A stretch of DNA of 64,000 bases from Vairimorpha necatrix (taxonomy: Eukaryota): positions 310,001 through 374,000 of the forward strand of contig CP142735.1 in NCBI GenBank assembly GCA_036630325.1, read 5' to 3'. Made by a program: the position numbers and the translations under genes. Below, piece by piece: positions 11,996 through 24,086 of this stretch (position 1 is its first letter; each line of letters begins with the position of its first letter). Below the pieces are notes generated by a model. That model did no database searches. It was not told the DNA's origin and worked only from the letters and a program-made list of their open reading frames with translations.

Positions 11996-13921
11996 ACGTT
12001 AAACATTTAATTAATCTATAATTGCTGTTACAAAGGACCAAGAACACAACAAAAAGATAAATTTCAAATGATAATTTAATGCCAGGTAAAAAGCTGTTTT
12101 TTGCCCTACATTCTTGTCTCATACACCTATAAACTAATCTTTCCTTTCCCCCTTCCAATAATATTGTAAGCTTTGCAACAACATGATCACAAGAACCACA
12201 TCGTCTAATCAAATTAATAATTCCAGTCTCTATCATGTAGTCTTTATATGAAGCAAGACTGGAAAACAAAGGATGTCTATTGACGTAGCCCAGAGGAGCT
12301 ACCTCTGGATAAGTATAATTCAATATAGTTAATGATTTTATATATATTAGATAACCCTCGTTGGGCATCTGTAATGGGATACTGATCCCTGCTTGGTAGC
12401 CCTTCCTTGGTCTATTGTTATAAGGGTACTGATCGCGTGTTAGTTTCATAATCTGGTGTGGGGGTCAGGGCAAAAAAGAAATAAATATTCGATTTTTGGA
12501 ATAGACCGGTCGAATGGTCTATTTTCCAAAAAGGGGAAATTGATAAAATAAAAATAAATAATTTGTGGTATTTATAATACCACAAAAATATTTTTAAAGT
12601 AACTTATAATGTGAATATAATGTCAATTTACTTTTTTTTTATAGAACATAAATAAAATATGTGCATTTTTTATAAAAATTTAATTTGCAACCAAATCAAT
12701 CCCAGGAAGATGTAGTCAAAATTTATGTCTGCAATTATTAAATCCATGGTATAATATCTAATGTGAACAATAATTTTGATTTAGTGTACAGTTTTATAAC
12801 TATTTTTAGACCTGTAATCTTTTTATTTGTTTTCTTTTCTATTGTATACAACGTCCTCTTATCTGTTTGAATTATGTATGATTTAGATAGTCTATTTATT
12901 TGCAAACGGAAAGTATATCTATTAGGGGTGTAATGCAAATATACCAATTTACTTGTTTTTTAGATATGTTATATTTAAATGATCATTCACCCCATCTTAT
13001 GTAAAACACTTTTATCTCTGAAATATTCAAAAAATATAGTATCCCAAAATGAATTTTTTCCATTGTTAAGATTATATAATTTCACAATAAAATGTTAACG
13101 TAGTGAAATCTAAACATATCAAATATTAAATTGCAGAATATATTACTCTATTGTATATTTGTTGTAAAAAATGATTTTATTTATAATCAAAATCATAAAT
13201 AATTATAATCTCGTGTTTCCCACTTTATATTTCCTTTATTTTTCAACTTTTGACCATTTTACTATCTTAAATAACTGATTATTTCTCTTCTATTATTTAT
13301 TGTAGGTCAAAATCTCTATAATCAGTCCTACAGAATATTAATAATAGTACATTTACACTGACATTATATTTTTAGAATATATAAGATACGTAAATTTTTT
13401 TTTTAATTTGTCTTTTATTTAATTTTTTTTAGGGGGGGGGGGTTGGCTATTGTCTTGACAAAAAAAACAATAGTTTGATTGTTTACAATACTTAATTTTT
13501 ATCAATTGGGTTCTTTAATATAATTTGTTTTTCTTTTTACATACGGATTTTTTTTTTAATTTGTCGAAATTATCATAACTCAGAAACTCAAAATTATCTT
13601 ATTTTATATCATTAAAATACGTTTTTGTTTATTATGTTAAGTCTGTAATAAAATATATGATGTAATTGATTCTGGGTATTTCATTCTAGAAAACAAAGAT
13701 ACATCTGGTTGTTGCAATAAATATGAACTTATTACCAAGATTTTTATATCTTAGTATAAATGTATATTTATATTAAGCACTTGCCATGTTTATTATATCT
13801 ACACATATCATCGTAAAAGCTTATAAATTTTGTTGAGATTTTGAATTTCTAGTATCATATAATTTTTATTTTATATATAGACTTTGAGGTTGATTTACGC
13901 CCTAAAAAGGGAACTTTTTTG

Positions 13922-14944
13922 GGCTAAAGTTAGCTTTAGGACGCAAATTTCGATATAGGGTTTTTTTGTTTTATTTTGCCCCTTTTTTTAAAAAATGGAA
14001 GAAAGAATAATGACAAGAGAAGAATTAGAAATAGTGTATAAAAATCTAATTACTAAAAGACAAAATCAGATTTGCAGTGTGTGTATAATAGAATGAGATT
14101 CACGAGAAAACAGAGTTGTGTTTTAATTTGTACCTGGAAAGATTGTAAGAAGCAAACATCGATATGGACGAATACTTTCTTTGAAAACTCCAAACTCGAT
14201 CATATCACAATTTTGCAGGTACTAAATTTGTGGGTTCTTGGCTATTCTCGTAAATTTATTTGCCAAATTCTCAGTTGTTCAAAACCTTCGATATCTTTTT
14301 TACTTAAAAAATTAAAGAAATTAAATCTCTATGATAAATATTTATCATCTTTAAACAAGATAGGAGGAGAAGATATCATTGTTGAAATTGATGAAACTAA
14401 AATCGGAAAAAATAAATATAACAGAGGAAAATTAGTGAAGGGGTTTTGGTGTTTCTGCATGATAGAACGTACTATCGAACGTAAGATTGTGGCTCTGTAT
14501 ATGAAGAAAAGAGATAAAAAAACTCTTACACATCTCTTATTGAAATTTGTTGATACAAAAAGCACTATACATAGTGATATGTGGAGGCCTTATCATTCTT
14601 TAGGCACCTTATTTAAAAAACATTATATGGTAAACCACTCATTAAACTTTCGAGATCCAAATACTGGAATACACACCAATACCATTGAAGGTAATTGGCG
14701 TTCACTCAAAAATTCTATACCTAACAGAAATAGGTCCAAAACCAGCGCCAAACTTTATTTACTTAGGTATATGCTCCAGAGAAATTCCTCTAATTCTGTT
14801 TTCGATGCATTATTAAATTTATTGTTCTAATTTTAATTTTTGTTCCTTCCTCCACATTTTCTTTCTTCCATTTTTTAAAAAAAGGGGCAAAAAAAAACAA
14901 AAAAACCCTATATCGAAATTTGCGTCCTAAAGCTAACTTTAGCC
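13922..14944 (+). mobile_element. Merlin/IS1595-like transposon, transposase nearly intact (ATG 13995, one frameshift, ORF to 14830)
   Basis: Long TIRs starting GGCTAAAGTTAGCTTTAGGACGCAAATTTCG; 8-bp TSD CTTTTTTG; VEIDETK, IHSDMW, HTNTIEGNW. Confidence 0.95.
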
Positions 14945-15699
14945 CTTTTTTGTTTTGTTTAATAAGTTCATTTTTTCTGCGCTTTTCGATCCTTAATGTT
15001 CAATCTTTCCTAGTCTTTCACTAAAAGTGTCTTATTTAAGTAAAATGCTAATGACTAATTGGAGATATTTAAAACACAAAAAACATTTGTTATATAAATC
15101 TTTATATGTATTCATTACATATATATATATACCCTCTCATTTTGCCATCTATTGTCAATCATTTCTTCAGTCTAGCGATGTGCCAGTCAATAATGGCTAT
15201 TCCTTTGGGCAGGGCACGTCTCAGTATGCAAATGACTCGTCACACATAGATCATTCAATTTTAAAGTATTGATGGGAAATCTGTTCGAAATACAAATTTC
15301 TTAGATCATCTAAGATATTATATAAATAAATATTTATATAACGATGTATTTAACAGTGTTTGTTGATTAAACTAATTTTTTATGTTTCTCTATTATATAT
15401 ACTAACTTTACTTTGTTTGCAAGCGATAGATAGAATTAGAATTTTTTAATCGCAAAGAATATTAAGTCTACTTTTGAAGTTTGATACTTACAATACTGTT
15501 TATTCTGAATTTTAATAATAGATTATTTCGTCTTGTCGATATTATTATCTCTTCTTAAATATATATACATATACAAATACATCTCTTTCTAATAATAAAT
15601 TGGTCGTTTAAAATGTCAAGAATAATTACTTTTAAGCCTTTATGATATAGCTAAGTTCTTTTGTAATAAATTATTTTGAGGAGATTAATTTCCTCATTT

Positions 15700-16090
15700 A
15701 CTTACCATGATTTTCTTCTCTTTCTTATTACATTGTATATTTACTTGTTGTGTTTGAAAAATCTAAAATTTAAATCTCTAAAATTAATTATTGCATTTTA
15801 GACTAATTATTTTTCCATGATTTTCTTTTCTGTCTTATTGTATATATATAAATGTATATAGAATTTTCTTCATTATAAAATGAAAATTTCAAAACTCTAA
15901 CATTCAAAATTATGACATTTTAGACAAATATTTTTTCATGATTTTTATCAACTTCTTATTTTTTATAAATGTGTATATATACTTGTCATCAATGAAAAAA
16001 AAATCAAATTTATGTCATTTTAGATAATTTATTTTTTCATGATTTTATTCTTATTCTTGATGTTTGAATATATATACTTGTCATCCCTGG
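15700..16090. repeat. Degenerate tandem repeat, about 4 units of 100-120 bp
   Basis: CATGATTTT recurs at 15706, 15816, 15937 and 16038; the last three are preceded by CATTTTAGA. Confidence 0.6.
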
Positions 16091-16618
16091 AATATTAAAA
16101 ATTTGGAAGTTAAAAAACAAAATTTTGACTAGCCTCTATTTACTTTAAAATTTTGTATTCTTGGCGAGTAGAAGAGAAGATGAAATATTATACATGAACT
16201 CAAAAGAAAGAGAATTAATTATCCAATTGATACAGGGCATTTCTACTCTCTTAACTATTACCGAATACTTGCGCTTCACTATCTCCGACGTAACCATTTA
16301 GATTTGATGAGAATATTTTTATATACAAGCCTCTAATCGCATCATTAAATCAATAAATATATTAAAATGAAGATTTTTTAAACTCAGTATAGATTTATCG
16401 TTTTAATCTAGTCTAGAAATTATATATATAAATCATCTAGATCCCAGATGGCTCTTTCTCTTACACAGAACACTAAAAGCAAACTTGTTAAACTTCTTTG
16501 TAACTAATGAAATTATTGAACAGATCTCCATCTTATACTATATCTTGTTTGTATAAAAACAAACTTCATAAATTTCTTCATAAAGAGTGCCATAATCGGC
16601 TTTTAGATTCTTATAGAA

Positions 16619-19600
16619 TGTGTTTATTTTCCTTAATGAGGGGTAAAAATAATAAGGATATATAACATCCCCCCTCCAAGACGGTAGTCTCATACTAGAA
16701 CTCATTAATCCCAAGCAGACCTTTTAAATCATAATGCCGCTTTTTCACGATCCTACCATTTTCCAAACTAACTAAGTACGAGTCACCTCCGCAAACTTCC
16801 TTGATAACACCATATCCTAAAAACCTTCCTTTCTCATACTTACTACAACCCGATAAGTTCTCTTTCTTCGCTACCCTAACTCTCTGACCTTTATAGAATT
16901 TCTCTCTTTTGCGAGCCACAAACCTCCTACTATAAAATCCTTCAGGTCCATTCTCGATCATAACATGGCCCGTTTCGTCTCTTGAGGCCTCAAACGGTGT
17001 ACATCTCAACCCTTCATGATAGCTGTTATTATAACGCCATATACATCTATTAACCTTGGCTTCAAAATCCACAGCATCATCTTTCAATATTCCTTCTCTT
17101 ATGGTTCCTATTACCCTTTCCACTCTTCCATTACTTCTATGACTTTCTACGCTTACTTTCCTATGTAATACATTTTCCTCTGAACACCAATTCCTCATAT
17201 ATTCATTACTAAATTCTTTACCGTTGTCAGTAATTATTTCTACCGGTTTCATTCCTGATCCACACAACTGTTTTAAAAATCCTACAACCGAGCTTCCGCG
17301 TTTGACCTCTATTACTTTTCCCCAAACGATCCTAGTATAATAATCAATCACGACCAACACATATTTCCCTAAATCTCTAAACTCAATCAAATCCAAAGCA
17401 ACCTTTTCCAAATAAAATCTTGAACTAACAAAATCACAACCACCACTCTTTTTCCTATTATATATTTGGCAAACTTCACACTTCTTTAAAACATCCTCGA
17501 TATCCTTCTTCATACCCGGCCAATAAAATTCAAACTTCATTGCATAGTACACTGATCCTAAACTTCTATGTCCCAAATTTTCATGAGCATTGACAATTAA
17601 CCCTTCACGCAATTCTTTCTTTGGAATCTCCGCTTCTCTATCAGAGTCAAATACCCAAATTTCCTTTCCATCAACAACTTTAACATGCTTGTCCCATTTA
17701 CCCTGTGCCTGTTTAATACTTCTCTCCTTATTCATTAGCGTTTTCTCATTTTCATGTACCCTACTCAGTGCATCTGCTACAACCATGGTACTAGGCTCTC
17801 TATATTCAATGCTAAAGTCGAACTCTTGAATCTTTTCAATCCACCTGTTAATTCTATTATTGTTAAATGCTGGTTTATTTCTAATCTCGATCAATGCCTT
17901 ATGATCAGTTTCTACCCTAAATCTTCTTCCGCGTAGTTCATATTCAAACTTTTTAATTCCCCAAAAGACTGCATACATCTCCTTCTCACTGATTCCATAT
18001 CTCGTTTCCGTAGGCGTAAACTTTTTTGATGCCCACTGTACTGGTACCCAATTACCTTGATCATCTTCCTGCATTAAAACAGCACCCATTCCAACATTAC
18101 TCGCATCCGTGCGTAACAAAAATTCCTTATTATAATTAACAATTGCTAAACCTTTTAAATCCCTAATCACTTCCCTTAAACTAATATATTCTTTTTCCAT
18201 TTCTTCTGTCCATTTCCAATTACTTCCTCGTCCTTTAAGAGAATCTGTCAACGCCAATGTACGTTTTGCATAATTATCAATATGATTTCTAAACCATCCA
18301 GCCAGCCCAAGAAACTTCCTAACATCTGATACACACTCCGGTTTGGATAATTCTAACGCTTCATTTTGCTTTATTTCAGATGGCAGTATCTCCTTGCCAT
18401 TAACTGTTACTCCTAACAACATCGCCTCTCGTTTACATAATTGAACCTTAGCCAAATTAATTTTCATATTATTCTCCTCTAATATATCCACAGCCTCTTT
18501 CAACAATTTGTCGTGACCCTCTCTTGTCTTACTATGAATCACAATATCGTCCATATAAATTTCGATTCCCTTACCAATAAATTTTTCAAAAATCCCATTC
18601 ATTATTCTTTGTAATATCTGCGGTGAGTTTTTAAACCCCATGACCATCGAATTCCACTCGTATACCTTTTTATTAAACTCAAAAGCCGTCTTAAACCTAT
18701 CCTTCTCTTCAATCTCAATACTATAAAACCCCTCCTTTAGATCTATCACGGTAAAAAATTCAGATCCCTGTGTACTTCTAATAACATCTCTTATCCTAGT
18801 TAACTCATAAGGATCCTTCTCTACAATGTCATTAAGAGCAATTAAATTACTTACTAATCTTATATCACCATTCGGTTTCTCAATCGCTCTAATGGGATTT
18901 CTCCAGTCAGATGTCGACCTTCTAATTATCTTTCTTCTTTCCAAACTATTAATATAATCTTCCGTCTTCTTCAACAAAGCCTGAGCTATAGCCTGCCCTT
19001 TTTTAACAACTTTCTTGCCTTCTTGAGTCTTGATAATACATTTTTCAACCTTACAAAAACTAATATCTTCATCCTCTCTTCCTCCTACCCGTGAAATAAT
19101 CTCCTCTAAATACGCGATGCCTCTTACATCCCTTCTCAACAGAACTCTCTTATTATTGTCCCTTTTGCTATAATCTTGTATATCCCCTAAATTTTTCTTC
19201 TTACGTTTTCCACCATCAACATTATAATAATCACATTTGTCCGAATTGGAATCGTCATCACATTTACCCCCTAAGTCTAATTGCACTTTACATTTACCAA
19301 CATAATTAAAACTACTTTTATTTCTTCTGTCTTCAGAATCTCGCCTCATTCCCCTACAAAATCTAACACTATGGCCTAACTTCCCACAATTGTAGCAACG
19401 CATATTCTTTTTATTTTCCTCACGAGACAACTTATTCTTCTCCTCAAATTTAGCCCATAACGCTAGGGACAACTCTTCAAATTCTTTTTTTCTCACTTGT
19501 TCCTTTTCCTCCTGAATAGCTAGCAACTCTAATTTTTCCTCAATTTCCTTCCAACTACCCTCTTGCGAGATCCTCTCAACAATAAAATTTCTCAATAAAA

Positions 19601-19802
19601 TAGAACCTCTCCTAAAAATTTCTAACTTAAATCCACACTCATCAATTTTCTCTAAAAACAACTCATAAACAATCCTTTTAACCTCTTTTAATAATATTCT
19701 AGCCTCTTGGCCACGGTCCTCCTTTGTAGACCCATTTTCTGGTATCGCCCCCATGTGTTTATTTTCCATAATGAGGGGTAAAAATAATAAGGATATATAA
19801 CA
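16619..19802 (-). mobile_element. Intact minimal Ty3/Gypsy retrotransposon with 49-bp LTRs
   Basis: LTRs 16619-16667 and 19754-19802 (48/49 identical, TG...CA); 5-bp TSD TAGAA; PBS TGGGGGCG adjacent to the 5' LTR; G-rich PPT (GGAGGGGGGA) before the 3' LTR. Confidence 0.96.
16695..19769 (-). CDS. pol: 1024-aa gag-pol polyprotein: short gag with CCHC knuckle, RT, RNase H, integrase; no D[TS]G protease motif
   Basis: CYNCGKLGHSVRFC; YMDD; TDAS..GMGA..EKE..TDH; H..GH..CEVC; DLI, TDNG, SNGRVER. Confidence 0.95.
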   Translation of the reverse strand: MENKHMGAIPENGSTKEDRGQEARILLKEVKRIVYELFLEKIDECGFKLEIFRRGSILLRNFIVERISQEGSWKEIEEKLELLAIQEEKEQVRKKEFEELSLALWAKFEEKNKLSREENKKNMRCYNCGKLGHSVRFCRGMRRDSEDRRNKSSFNYVGKCKVQLDLGGKCDDDSNSDKCDYYNVDGGKRKKKNLGDIQDYSKRDNNKRVLLRRDVRGIAYLEEIISRVGGREDEDISFCKVEKCIIKTQEGKKVVKKGQAIAQALLKKTEDYINSLERRKIIRRSTSDWRNPIRAIEKPNGDIRLVSNLIALNDIVEKDPYELTRIRDVIRSTQGSEFFTVIDLKEGFYSIEIEEKDRFKTAFEFNKKVYEWNSMVMGFKNSPQILQRIMNGIFEKFIGKGIEIYMDDIVIHSKTREGHDKLLKEAVDILEENNMKINLAKVQLCKREAMLLGVTVNGKEILPSEIKQNEALELSKPECVSDVRKFLGLAGWFRNHIDNYAKRTLALTDSLKGRGSNWKWTEEMEKEYISLREVIRDLKGLAIVNYNKEFLLRTDASNVGMGAVLMQEDDQGNWVPVQWASKKFTPTETRYGISEKEMYAVFWGIKKFEYELRGRRFRVETDHKALIEIRNKPAFNNNRINRWIEKIQEFDFSIEYREPSTMVVADALSRVHENEKTLMNKERSIKQAQGKWDKHVKVVDGKEIWVFDSDREAEIPKKELREGLIVNAHENLGHRSLGSVYYAMKFEFYWPGMKKDIEDVLKKCEVCQIYNRKKSGGCDFVSSRFYLEKVALDLIEFRDLGKYVLVVIDYYTRIVWGKVIEVKRGSSVVGFLKQLCGSGMKPVEIITDNGKEFSNEYMRNWCSEENVLHRKVSVESHRSNGRVERVIGTIREGILKDDAVDFEAKVNRCIWRYNNSYHEGLRCTPFEASRDETGHVMIENGPEGFYSRRFVARKREKFYKGQRVRVAKKENLSGCSKYEKGRFLGYGVIKEVCGGDSYLVSLENGRIVKKRHYDLKGLLGINEF

Positions 19803-20015
19803 TAGAATATACAGCTATGGTATTTTGAAACACAGAAGGACAAATTATACGTGACAAAATTTGAACTGTGAATATATTTTAGAAATTAATGATAAATAAT
19901 TACAAGAGATACTTTTCATAATATTTGTTTAGTCTATCAATCTTGAAATATTATATTTAGTGACGTCTGAATGTCCGCGAGTAGATATCTTTATACTTAG
20001 AATAAATTTAAATTT

Positions 20016-20086
20016 ATTCCCACCGGGAATCGAACCTTGGACCTTCGATATCCCAAATCAAGGTGCAACTATTCTGCCAAGCACAC
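20016..20086 (-). pseudogene. Degenerate tRNA-like sequence (tRNA pseudogene or decayed SINE head)
   Basis: Minus strand: weak A-box TGGCAGAATAG, then GGTCCAAGGTTCGATTCCCGG (B-box); stems do not pair into a full cloverleaf. Confidence 0.45.
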
Positions 20087-20286
20087 TTATTATAATTTTG
20101 GTTATCCTTTAAGAAACCAATTATATTTTCAACTTCCTTTAATTTTTGTTTTCTTTCTATGCATAAAGAAACATTTCATATTAGTCAGATTAAAAGATCA
20201 TTAATCTGTATGAATCAAATAATAGAACAATTTACAATGTTAGTTTTATGCTTTCTTATATAAAATAAAATTATATAAGATTTTCT

Positions 20287-21351
20287 GGCTAATATCAGCA
20301 TCTGTGTAAAAAAACTGGGGGGGTCAAAATTTTTAAAAAATTGCCCCTTTTTTTAAAAAACGAAAGGAAGAATGAGCAATGAGGAAATTGAAGATTTTTA
20401 TATATCTTTAACAAATAAGAAATACAATCAGAAATGTATTAAATGTGGTTGGGATACAGCTATTGCATCAAATGAAACTGCTTACTTGAGGTGTAATTCT
20501 TCAAATTGCAAACACAGATTTTCAATTTGGAAAAATTCTTTTTTTGAAAACACAAGACTAGAACATTTACTGATTATAAAAATAGTAAATTTGTGGATAT
20601 TAGGAATTAAATTAATTCTCATATCAAAGATTTTGGGATGTAATGTACAAAATGTAAGTTACACCCTAGATAAATTATATAAATTAAAAATTTATGATAA
20701 GTATTTGAACAAGCTGAAGCAGATAGGCGGACAAGATATCATTGTAGAAATAGATTAAAGTAAAATTGGCAAAAATAAGCATCATAGGGGAAGATTAGTT
20801 AAGGGGTTTTGGTGTTTCGGTATGGTGGAACGAACCGAAGCAAAGAAGATTGTATTCGTAATTATAAAGAAAAGAGACAGGGATACATTATTTCCAATCA
20901 TGTTTAATCATGTAAATTTTGAATCCGTAATTCATTCGGATATGTGGACGGCGTATGCAACGTTAAAAAATCATTATGCGGACCATAGAACTGTGAATCA
21001 CAGTCAAACTTTTAGAGACAGAGAGACAGGTGTGCATACAAACACCATGGAAGGGAATTGGAGGTCTTTAAAGCCTCTATACCTAATAGGTGTAGGACTT
21101 ATGAACTTGCCGAAATATATTTAGTTCTATATATGATTAAAAGAAATGAGAGCGTAGACATCTTCAAAGCATTATTAAAATTATGTTTTTAATATATTTT
21201 ATTTATTTAAAAGTTAATTTTAAACATTTTTATATCTTAATTACATTTTTTGTTTTTTCTGAAGTTTTCTCTTCCCTTCGTTTTTTAAAAAAGGGGCAAT
21301 TTTTTAAAAATTTTGACCCCCAGTTTTTTTACACAGATGCTGATATTAGCC
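20287..21351 (+). mobile_element. Merlin/IS1595-like transposon with stop and frameshift
   Basis: TIR GGCTAATATCAGCATCTGTGTAAAAAAACTGGGG; 8-bp TSD GATTTTCT; ORFs 20372-20758 and 20822-21124. Confidence 0.94.
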
Positions 21352-21755
21352 GATTTTCTTTGATACGAATATACCTTTCTAATATATATATACTTAGTAA
21401 ACTAAAAAAATAAAATACATTTTACACGGCAAAAACGAGTATATATCCTATATTATATACAAAATACTTTCATATGTTACACACATTTTAAGATTTAATG
21501 GCTTCTTATTTCAATCTCTCTATTATATCTGGCAATTTTGTTATTCTTATTTTCCATACCCTCTAAAGTAAATTTTTTTAAATAATTTTTTCAACAAGTT
21601 AAAACTGTCATTTGTAAGAATATGATTAATAAGCATTTGATCTCCTACAACTATAAATGAACTACATTCTTTTATAATTTCGACTAAAAAATAATAAAAA
21701 CATATTTATGTGATTTAACTAATATTCTTTATTAAGATTTTGTTTTTTTAGATAC

Positions 21756-21910
21756 TGTGATGTACATTACTACAACACATGGACAGATGTCAAAAATATT
21801 TTAACCGTTTCAGATGGCATGTCAAGTTGGGTCACACAATCAAACGAAAGTTGCATGGTCGTTACTACATTCGTAAGTACGCCAATGTTTGTGTTTAGTG
21901 TTGACAACAT
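21756..21910 (+). repeat. Truncated TGTGATGTACAT-family LTR
   Basis: Matches the 5' half of LTR 3492-3841. Confidence 0.8.
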
Positions 21911-21949
21911 ATAAAAGATTTATTAGGTTAATTTTTCATTAAAGTTAGA

Positions 21950-22240
21950 TTAGCACAGTTTCCCTCGGTATCGCTCACTAGATTCAGCTCTTCATAGACT
22001 TTGGTTTCTGTGGAATTATTTATGTTTTTCAACTCCAAATTTTTAGCTTCATTCTCCTATACCGACATCGCTTGTTCAACAGTCGCCATATTCGCTAGTG
22101 CGCTTACAGCTCTAGTTACTTCTTCTTCTTCTGCATAATCTTTATCGTATATTGTTCGTCGTTCCAAAGAGATGGACTCTGGAGTTTTCTTCATCACATT
22201 AGACTAAATGTATGCTTCCAGAAATGTTTAGATTTCTGCA
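21950..22240 (-). pseudogene. Possible 3' remnant of a REL-type LINE
   Basis: Minus strand reads LEAYI*SNVMKKTPESISLERR, resembling the C-terminus TEAFIKSRVLKMTLESLTMSAR of the LINE at 33215-34531. Confidence 0.45.
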
Positions 22241-22879
22241 GAATGCAAATAAGGTTTTAAAATTTTAATATATATGTACACAATAATAATATAGTTTGGA
22301 AATAATGAATTCCTAAACTTTTAAAATTTTACAACTGTAACTATTATTTTGGAAAAAATATTTTATTTTGACATTACGATTGATTTTTAGTAAAAATTTA
22401 ATTAAATTTTGAATTTCTTCAAAAATGTCAGAGAATTTAAAAAATTTAAAGGCCGTATTAAATTTCACAAAATATTATCTGGTCATCTTTTTAATTGAGT
22501 TGTTACTCTGTAGACAAAGAAAAATTAATAATAAATTTCAAATAAAGATCATTGAATAAAGAGTAATTAACATTTTTGTTTAGTTTTTGATTGTATATTT
22601 TTTAATTAATTTTTAACAAAAATTTGTTTTATTTTTGCTATTTAATCCTTTAAATTCAAAATCTACGCTCTTTTCTATATTTTGTTTATTTTAAATTTCC
22701 CTCCTAAAATATTGTATAAAATTTTTTTGTTTATGGGCAATGAGAAATCAAAGATTGGATTGGTGCAATAAAGAGATAAGTTAAGTTGGAATGACAATGA
22801 AAATTTGCGGAATATATAGTATTTTTAAAAATAGAGGATTATACAATATCTAATCCAAGACAGTCAATTTTTTTCTGTT

Positions 22880-23141
22880 AGTGTAATAATCTTTATATTT
22901 TATGTTTATATTCTTTTTTATCAGCTAAAGATGATTATACGAATTATATACTTAAGAAATTTGAGTACCGTTAGTTATACCAACTTCAATGGACAAGACC
23001 TTATAGCGCTTGCGCATCCCACGTGTCGCGAGAAGTTGAAAAGTTGGAATACAGATGTATACTCAAATTTCCGAAGTATTAAATTGTATAATAATCATTA
23101 GCTGATAAATAAGATCATGAGCATAAAATAAAAAAAATTAC
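22880..23141. repeat. Imperfect foldback / MITE-like inverted repeat
   Basis: Left arm TCAGCTAA..GATTATAC..GAAATTTGAGTA..CCAACTT is mirrored by AAGTTGG..TACTCAAATTTC..GTATAAT..TTAGCTGA around a GC-richer spacer. Confidence 0.65.
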
Positions 23142-24086
23142 ATAAATAGTGAAAAAACACGGGTCTGCCACAAGGATTTTAATTGCACTTTTTAGTTTAA
23201 TTATATAGAAGCTCTTCCGCTACATTAGCTTTACCCAAATTTAGTAATATAATCTATTGATTGATAAACATAAGGTTTCTCCGGTCATATATTTCTAGTC
23301 CGTAGAAAAAAATGATTTTAATGATCGCATTTCTACCTAATTATTGCCCAATCAAACATAAGTATGATTATTACATAATCATTGTGATTTTTTTTGGTTG
23401 CGAGAACTTCTATAGATATAAGTTTACCATGATCTGAATAAATGTATCAATTATCAAAAGGGATATTAGAATTAAGATCAAATTATGAATATTAGATTAT
23501 TTGGAAACAGTTTTACATAGAATAAAGCTGCAATTCAGACATTTCGACTATTTAAATAATCCTACTTACTAATATTATTCATAGAACATCAGTCTGATGA
23601 ATTGTGTAACTAAACATGTAATTGTGTGATATGTGTAAACAAGAATATTTTGATGATTATTATAGTTTTTTTATTTATGATTATAAGAATTTAAATAAAT
23701 AATTTATGAAAACATTTAGAATGCTTAAAATTTTTTGTGTCCCTTCCATATACTGATATAAATAAATGGTAAAATTCAAAACGTTATCATATTTAGTGTT
23801 ATAACACTATACGATTAACAATGAATATTTTTAATTAGGAAGTATTTATAAATATTTCTAATTCTCAATTTGCTTTTAATTTAAAACAGATGTATAAGGA
23901 TAAAATTTTAGAAATATCGAAAACAAAATATTAAACAAAAAAGTGTTTTATATATATATATTAGAAATTGTTATTAATGAGGTTTCTATATAAGAGATAT
24001 ACAAAAAATATGTGTTCAAAATGTTGAGTCCTTTTTACTTTTTTTTTGATCTACTACTGATTTAACAAGTAAATATTATACGATCA

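Larger units (their letters stand above)
8321..12280 (-). mobile_element. Merlin/IS1595-like transposon split by solo LTR 8429-8791 and LTR element 9329-11995
   Basis: End GGTGCTTCT resembles the 25591 TIR; transposase pieces 8792-9328 (ETVLCRRG, SDGHPSY, ENFWS) and Zn-ribbon N-terminus 11996-12280 rejoin at TSD ACGTT; second TIR not found. Confidence 0.75.

Noticed and set aside
12281-12448. Possible solo LTR (TGACG...TTTCA)
   Set aside because: No matching TSD and no second copy in the window.
11949-12449. 166-aa ORF as a novel gene
   Set aside because: Chimeric read-through of an unrelated 5' segment, the Merlin N-terminus and LTR sequence.
15700-16090. CRISPR-like array
   Set aside because: Units are degenerate along their whole length, there are no unique spacers or cas genes, and the context is eukaryotic.
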